Position numbers and translations under genes: made by a program. From IMG/VR virus record IMGVR_UViG_2721755647_000004: a stretch of DNA of 41,779 bases. One strand, given 5' to 3'. The notes below the pieces were generated by a model that was given only the letters and a program-made list of their open reading frames with translations, did no database searches and had not been told where the DNA came from. Below, one piece after another: positions 36,543 through 41,779 of the stretch. The number at the start of each line of letters is the position of its first letter. Positions within the stretch are counted from its first letter, which is position 1. Source of the DNA: a virus (taxonomy: Duplodnaviria > Heunggongvirae > Uroviricota > Caudoviricetes).

Positions 36543-36639
36543 GTCCCCTCATCACACAAACCGTTCGAAAAACCACCACATCCTCCCTTCAGTTATCGCT
36601 ATGCGATGCAAGTCACAAAATTAATTCTTTTTGCTATCA

Positions 36640-36780
36640 AACATTTAATATCAAAACACATCAACCAATAGCAATAAGTATTGATATCACCAATAGCAAT
36701 AGCTATTATCACCATATCGCAACAACACAACGATACGGCAACCACCTGATTCACCGTTGCGATGACCGCTTAGATCCGCA
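36640..36780. promoter_or_regulatory. putative left operator and pL region
   Basis: CAATAGCAAT repeated at 36666 and 36691 (25 bp apart) with TATCACC-containing elements; lies between the terminator and the leftward early genes. Confidence 0.5.
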
Positions 36781-36782
36781 GT

Positions 36783-37193
36783 TTGAATTTCAGCAGGCTT
36801 CGGGGAGTGCGAGGGGTGAAACGGACGCGTGAACGTCGGTGTGACCAGCTGAAATTAACTCAACATTTCATACCTCAGTCGCTTCAACGAGGCGGTTTAG
36901 TTATGACAACCGGCGGCCATCCACCGCCTGAATACGCGCAGAAGTCTCTATATGTTCAGCAGCCCAGCTTACGGGCAGGAGTTTTTATGGTTCATCAACA
37001 TTACGGAACACAGACCGTTAATCGCGGTGCGGTCATGCCAGGAATGCTGGTCAAACACAAAGATGGTACCTGGACTGCATCAGCTAATTTACGCGGACGG
37101 CTTTATCTGCATCGCGGCATCGAGCGCACTTATACCCGTGACTTGCTCGTGGAAGTTTTTCTCGACGGACGCGGCAACGGCCTGAATCACTAA
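36783..37193 (+). CDS. hypothetical early-left protein with Arg-rich N-terminus (possible N-like antiterminator or other pL gene)
   Basis: 136-aa ORF; N-terminus [15 protein letters not shown]; alternative ATG at 36903 with GAGG upstream. No family recognised. Confidence 0.35.
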   Translation: MNFSRLRGVRGVKRTRERRCDQLKLTQHFIPQSLQRGGLVMTTGGHPPPEYAQKSLYVQQPSLRAGVFMVHQHYGTQTVNRGAVMPGMLVKHKDGTWTASANLRGRLYLHRGIERTYTRDLLVEVFLDGRGNGLNH

Positions 37194-37267
37194 CCCCCTT
37201 TCCTGTTTTCCTAATCAGCCTGGCATTTCGCGGGCGATATTTTCACAGCTATTTCAGGAGTTCAGCC

Positions 37268-37564
37268 ATGAACGCTTATTACATTCAGGATCGTCTTGAG
37301 GCTCAGAGCTGGGTGCGTCACTACCAGCAGATCGCCCGTGAAGAGAAAGAGGCAGAACTGGCAGACGACATGGAAAAAGGCCTGCCCCAGCACCTGTTTG
37401 AATCGCTATGCATCGATCATTTGCAACGCCACGGGGCCAGCAAAAAAGCCATTACCCGTGCGTTTGATGACGATGTTGAGTTTCAGGAGCGCATGGCAGA
37501 ACACATCCGGTACATGGTTGAAACCATTGCTCACCATCAGGTTGATATTGATTCAGAGGTATAA
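37268..37564 (+). CDS. gam: Gam host-nuclease inhibitor, short form
   Basis: [60 protein letters not shown]... matches lambda Gam residues 41 to 138. Confidence 0.95.
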   Translation: MNAYYIQDRLEAQSWVRHYQQIAREEKEAELADDMEKGLPQHLFESLCIDHLQRHGASKKAITRAFDDDVEFQERMAEHIRYMVETIAHHQVDIDSEV

Positions 37565-37569
37565 AACGG

Positions 37570-38355
37570 ATGAGTACAGCACTCGCAACGCTGGCAGGGA
37601 AGCTGGCTGAACGTGTCGGCATGGATTCTGTCGACCCACAGGAACTGATCACCACTCTTCGCCAGACAGCATTTAAAGGTGATGCCAGCGATGCGCAGTT
37701 CATCGCATTGTTGATCGTCGCCAACCAGTACGGCCTTAATCCGTGGACGAAAGAAATTTACGCCTTCCCTGATAAGCAGAACGGCATCGTTCCGGTGGTG
37801 GGCGTTGATGGCTGGTCCCGCATCATCAATGAAAACCAGCAGTTTGATGGCATGGACTTTGAGCAGGACAATGAATCCTGTACATGCCGGATTTACCGCA
37901 AGGACCGTAATCATCCGATCTGCGTTACCGAATGGATGGATGAATGCCGCCGCGAACCATTCAAAACTCGCGAAGGCAGAGAAATCACGGGGCCGTGGCA
38001 GTCGCATCCCAAACGGATGTTACGGCATAAAGCCATGATTCAGTGTGCCCGTCTGGCCTTCGGATTTGCTGGTATCTATGACAAGGATGAAGCCGAGCGC
38101 ATTGTCGAAAATACTGCATACACTGCAGAACGTCAGCCAGAACGCGACATCACTCCGGTTAACGATGAAACCATGCAGGAGATTAACACTCTGCTGATCG
38201 CCCTGGATAAAACATGGGATGACGACTTATTGCCGCTCTGTTCCCAGATATTTCGCCGCGACATTCGCGCATCGTCAGAACTGACACAGGCCGAAGCAGT
38301 GAAAGCTCTTGGATTCCTGAAACAGAAAGCCACTGAGCAGAAGGTGGCAGCATGA
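37570..38355 (+). CDS. bet: Bet (Red-beta) single-strand annealing protein
   Basis: 261 aa: [66 protein letters not shown]... Confidence 0.95.
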   Translation: MSTALATLAGKLAERVGMDSVDPQELITTLRQTAFKGDASDAQFIALLIVANQYGLNPWTKEIYAFPDKQNGIVPVVGVDGWSRIINENQQFDGMDFEQDNESCTCRIYRKDRNHPICVTEWMDECRREPFKTREGREITGPWQSHPKRMLRHKAMIQCARLAFGFAGIYDKDEAERIVENTAYTAERQPERDITPVNDETMQEINTLLIALDKTWDDDLLPLCSQIFRRDIRASSELTQAEAVKALGFLKQKATEQKVAA

Positions 38356-39032
38356 CACCGGACATTATCCTGCAGCGTACCGGGATCGACGTGAGAGCTG
38401 TCGAACAGGGGGATGATGCATGGCACAAATTACGGCTCGGCGTCATCACCGCTTCAGAAGTTCACAACGTGATAGCAAAGCCCCGCTCAGGAAAGAAGTG
38501 GCCTGACATGAAAATGTCCTACTTCCACACCCTGCTGGCTGAGGTTTGCACCGGTGTGGCTCCGGAAGTTAATGCTAAGGCGCTGGCCTGGGGAAAACAG
38601 TACGAGAACGACGCCAGAACCCTGTTTGAATTCACTTCCGGCGTGAATGTTACTGAATCCCCGATCATCTATCGCGACGAAAGTATGCGCACCGCCTGCT
38701 CTCCCGATGGTTTATGCAGTGACGGCAACGGCCTTGAACTGAAATGCCCGTTTACCTCCCGGGATTTCATGAAGTTCCGGCTCGGTGGTTTCGAGGCCAT
38801 AAAATCGGCTTACATGGCCCAGGTGCAGTACAGCATGTGGGTGACGCGAAAAGATGCCTGGTACTTTGCCAACTATGACCCGCGTATGAAGCGTGAAGGC
38901 CTGCATTATGTCGTGATTGAGCGGAATGAAAAGTACATGGCGAATTTTGACGAGATGGTGCCGGAGTTCATCGAAAAAATGGACGTGGCACTGGCTGAAA
39001 TTGGTTTTGTATTTGGGGAGCAATGGCGATGA
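38352..39032 (+). CDS. exo: Exo (lambda exonuclease, Red-alpha)
   Basis: 226 aa: [54 protein letters not shown]... Confidence 0.95.
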   Translation: MTPDIILQRTGIDVRAVEQGDDAWHKLRLGVITASEVHNVIAKPRSGKKWPDMKMSYFHTLLAEVCTGVAPEVNAKALAWGKQYENDARTLFEFTSGVNVTESPIIYRDESMRTACSPDGLCSDGNGLELKCPFTSRDFMKFRLGGFEAIKSAYMAQVQYSMWVTRKDAWYFANYDPRMKREGLHYVVIERNEKYMANFDEMVPEFIEKMDVALAEIGFVFGEQWR

Positions 39033-39211
39033 AGCATCCTCACGATAATATCCGGGTAGGCGCGATCACTTTCGTCTACTCCGTTACAAAGCGAGGCTGG
39101 GTATTTCCCGGCCTTTCTGTTATCCAAAATCCACTGAAAGCCCAGCGGCTGGCTGAGGAGATAAATAATAAACGAGGGGCTGTATGCACAAAGCATCTCC
39201 CGTTGAGTTAA
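39023..39211 (+). CDS. small early protein (lambda orf60a-like)
   Basis: 62-aa ORF overlapping the end of exo; assignment from memory. Confidence 0.5.
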   Translation: MAMKHPHDNIRVGAITFVYSVTKRGWVFPGLSVIQNPLKAQRLAEEINNKRGAVCTKHLPLS

Positions 39212-39375
39212 GAACGAGTATCGAGATGGCACATAGCCTCGCTCAAATTGGAGTCAGGTTTGTGCCAATACCAGTAGAAACAGACGAAGAATTTCATACG
39301 TTAGCCACATCCCTTTCACAAAAGCTGGAAATGATGGTGGCGAAAGCAGAAGCAGATGAGAGAGACCAGGTATGA
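39184..39375 (+). CDS. small early protein (lambda orf63-like)
   Basis: 63-aa ORF following the orf60a-like gene. Confidence 0.45.
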   Translation: MHKASPVELRTSIEMAHSLAQIGVRFVPIPVETDEEFHTLATSLSQKLEMMVAKAEADERDQV

Positions 39376-39451
39376 CAACCACTGAATGCATTTTTCTGGC
39401 AGCGGGCTTCATATTCTGTGTGCTTATGCTTGCCGACATGGGACTTGTTCA

Positions 39452-39667
39452 ATGACACCTCAGCAAGAAAACGCCCTTCGCAGTATTGCCCGTCAGGCTA
39501 ATTATGAAATCAAAAAAGCCAGACAGCAGTTTCCGGATAAAAACGTCGATGACATTTGCCGTAGCGTACTGAAGAAGCACCGCGAAACGGTAACGCTGAT
39601 GGGATTCACACCGACTCATTTAAGCCTGGCGATCGGCATGTTAAACGGCGTCTTTAAGGAACGGTGA
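39452..39667 (+). CDS. small early protein (lambda orf61-like)
   Basis: Start at MTPQQENALRSIARQANYEIKKARQQ; the ORF track extends upstream to 39386. Confidence 0.5.
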   Translation: MTPQQENALRSIARQANYEIKKARQQFPDKNVDDICRSVLKKHRETVTLMGFTPTHLSLAIGMLNGVFKER

Positions 39668-39765
39668 ACATGAAAAACAAAATCATCATGGAGCTACAGG
39701 CTCCTTTTTTATTATTCGCATTCACCCTCAAGCGTATTAACCAACAATTCAGGGATTAATGAAAG

Positions 39766-39984
39766 ATGGCAGACATCATTGATTCAGCATCAGAAATTGA
39801 AGAATTACAGCGCAACACAGCAATAAAAATGCGCCGCCTGAACCACCAGGCTATATCTGCCACTCATTGTTGTGAGTGTGGCGATCCGATAGATGAACGA
39901 AGACGCCTGGCCGTTCAGGGTTGTCGGACTTGTGCAAGTTGCCAGGAGGAGATCGAACTTAAGAACAAACAATGGGGACTGTGA
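39766..39984 (+). CDS. TraR/DksA-family C4 zinc-finger protein
   Basis: 72 aa with CCECGDPIDERRRLAVQGCRTCASC (CxxC...CxxC). Confidence 0.7.
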   Translation: MADIIDSASEIEELQRNTAIKMRRLNHQAISATHCCECGDPIDERRRLAVQGCRTCASCQEEIELKNKQWGL

Positions 39985-40031
39985 TGGCCTCAAAGCAGCA
40001 AATTTCAACATCGTCCAACTGAGGTGTAAAA

Positions 40032-40271
40032 ATGTTCAGAATCATTTTTCCTAACACCTGGTACGTCGACCACCACGGCACTCCCTGCAAAATCCTGCGT
40101 TCTACCCACAACAAAGTTCACTACATCCGAAAAGGCAGAACATGTATCGCCAGCATGTTCCGCTTTAATCATGACTTTGAACCTGTGAATAAAGCTGATG
40201 CAGATCGGATAGCAGAAGAGATCGAAACGGCAGAACACATTAAGAAGTTACGTGCCATACGCAGGAAATAG
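40032..40271 (+). CDS. hypothetical protein
   Basis: 79-aa ORF between the zinc-finger gene and xis; no family recognised. Confidence 0.35.
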   Translation: MFRIIFPNTWYVDHHGTPCKILRSTHNKVHYIRKGRTCIASMFRFNHDFEPVNKADADRIAEEIETAEHIKKLRAIRRK

Positions 40272-40410
40272 AAAAATTGATAAATTCAATACTGCATTTC
40301 TCAGCATTAAATTTATCTCTATGACCAGTCAAGAGATGTACCTGCCATGAGCTTAATATCATGTCAGATATATCGGTCACAAACTCCCTCAGCAGCTAAG
40401 AGGAGGACAA

Positions 40411-40647
40411 ATGTCTCGACTAATCACTTTACAGGACTGGGCTAAAGAAGAATTTGGGGACTTAGCACCAAGTGAGCGAGTTCTGAAAAAATACGCGCAA
40501 GGGAAAATGATGGCCCCACCCGCTATAAAAGTTGGTCGCTACTGGATGATTGACCGAAATTCCCGTTTTGTAGGAACGCTTGCAGAACCGCAACTCCCAA
40601 TAAACGCAAACCCAAAACTCCAACGGATAATCGCTGATGGCTGCTAG
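40411..40647 (+). CDS. xis: excisionase-like protein
   Basis: 78 aa directly upstream of and overlapping int; AGGAGG Shine-Dalgarno at 40390..40395. Confidence 0.65.
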   Translation: MSRLITLQDWAKEEFGDLAPSERVLKKYAQGKMMAPPAIKVGRYWMIDRNSRFVGTLAEPQLPINANPKLQRIIADGC

Positions 40648-41779
40648 ACCCCGATCTCACAAAATCTCTATACCCAATTTATATTGCAAATTAGATAAGC
40701 GAACCGGAAAGGTATATTGGCAATACAAACATCCACTATCCGGTCGTTTTCATAGCTTAGGAACTGATGAGAATGAAGCAAAACAAGTTGCTACTGAAGC
40801 AAATACCATTATTGCTGAACAACGTACCCGACAAATATTAAGCGTCAATGAGCGTCTGGAAAGAATGAAAGGCAGGCGCTCAGACATTACGGTGACAGAA
40901 TGGCTTGATAAATATATTTCTATCCAGGAGGACAGGCTGCAACATAATGAACTAAGACCCAACTCCTATCGGCAAAAAGGCAAACCCATTCGTCTTTTCC
41001 GTGAGCATTGTGGAATACAACACCTCAAGGATATTACCGCACTTGATATTGCCGAAATAATTGATGCTGTAAAGGCTGAAGGTCATAACAGGATGGCGCA
41101 AGTCGTGAGAATGGTGTTAATCGACGTCTTCAAAGAAGCACAACACGCAGGACATGTTCCGCCAGGATTTAACCCAGCGCAGGCAACAAAACAACCGCGA
41201 AATCGAGTAAACCGCCAAAGATTATCACTGCCCGAATGGCAGGCAATATTTGACAGCGTAAGCAGACGGCAGCCCTATTTAAAATGCGGGATGCTACTTG
41301 CTCTTGTCACTGGACAACGTTTAGGCGATATCTGCAATTTGAAATTCTCTGATATCTGGGACGACATGTTGCACATTACTCAGAAAAAAACCGGTTCAAA
41401 ACTTGCTATTCCGCTTAACCTGAAATGCGATGCTCTGAATATTACCCTTCGTGAAGTTATATCTCAGTGCAGGGATGCTGTTGTTAGTAAATATCTGGTC
41501 CATTACCGTCACACAACCTCTCAAGCAAACAGAGGAGACCAGGTTTCTGCGAATACTCTGACAACGGCTTTTAAAAAGGCCAGGGAAAAATGTGGCATAA
41601 AATGGGAGCAAGGAACTGCGCCCACATTTCATGAGCAGCGATCTCTGTCAGAACGGTTATATCGGGAACAGGGTCTGGATACGCAAAAGTTGTTAGGCCA
41701 TAAATCCAGAAAAATGACCGACCGATACAATGATGATCGTGGTAAAGACTGGATTATCGTAGATATCAAAACAGCATAG
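40637..41779 (+). CDS. int: tyrosine-type phage integrase
   Basis: 380 aa with C-terminal catalytic-domain motifs (R...HEQRS ... LLGHKS...Y); the stop codon is the last three bases of the window. Confidence 0.9.
   Translation: MAARPRSHKISIPNLYCKLDKRTGKVYWQYKHPLSGRFHSLGTDENEAKQVATEANTIIAEQRTRQILSVNERLERMKGRRSDITVTEWLDKYISIQEDRLQHNELRPNSYRQKGKPIRLFREHCGIQHLKDITALDIAEIIDAVKAEGHNRMAQVVRMVLIDVFKEAQHAGHVPPGFNPAQATKQPRNRVNRQRLSLPEWQAIFDSVSRRQPYLKCGMLLALVTGQRLGDICNLKFSDIWDDMLHITQKKTGSKLAIPLNLKCDALNITLREVISQCRDAVVSKYLVHYRHTTSQANRGDQVSANTLTTAFKKAREKCGIKWEQGTAPTFHEQRSLSERLYREQGLDTQKLLGHKSRKMTDRYNDDRGKDWIIVDIKTA

Overview
The window is almost entirely one lambdoid prophage of an E. coli-like host, about 41.7 kb, with both ends running past the window. 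The late operon is on the minus strand: stf, J, I, K, L, M, H, T/G, V, U, Z, FII, FI, E, D, C/Nu3, B, W, A, Nu1, then cos (cosN at 21759..21770). Beyond cos come bor, Rz/Rz1, a phage 21-type lysis cassette (S21 pinholin plus a SAR endolysin R that is split by a 1954-bp IS21-family insertion, IS100-like), an nmpC/Lc-type porin, Q, rusA, ybcO, ninB/ybcN, P and O (with ori iterons), and cro. The plus strand carries cI, then gam, bet, exo, small early-left ORFs, xis and int. Two visibly AT-rich two-gene cassettes are the best candidates for an undescribed accessory or defence system: one immediately downstream of cI in the rexA/rexB position (35095..36511), and one antisense module between P and ninB (30807..31609). 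A TonB C-terminal-domain lipoprotein beside bor is a third candidate moron. All protein identities rest on reading the ORF translations against remembered lambda, phage 21 and DLP12 proteins; no database search or GC calculation was run.
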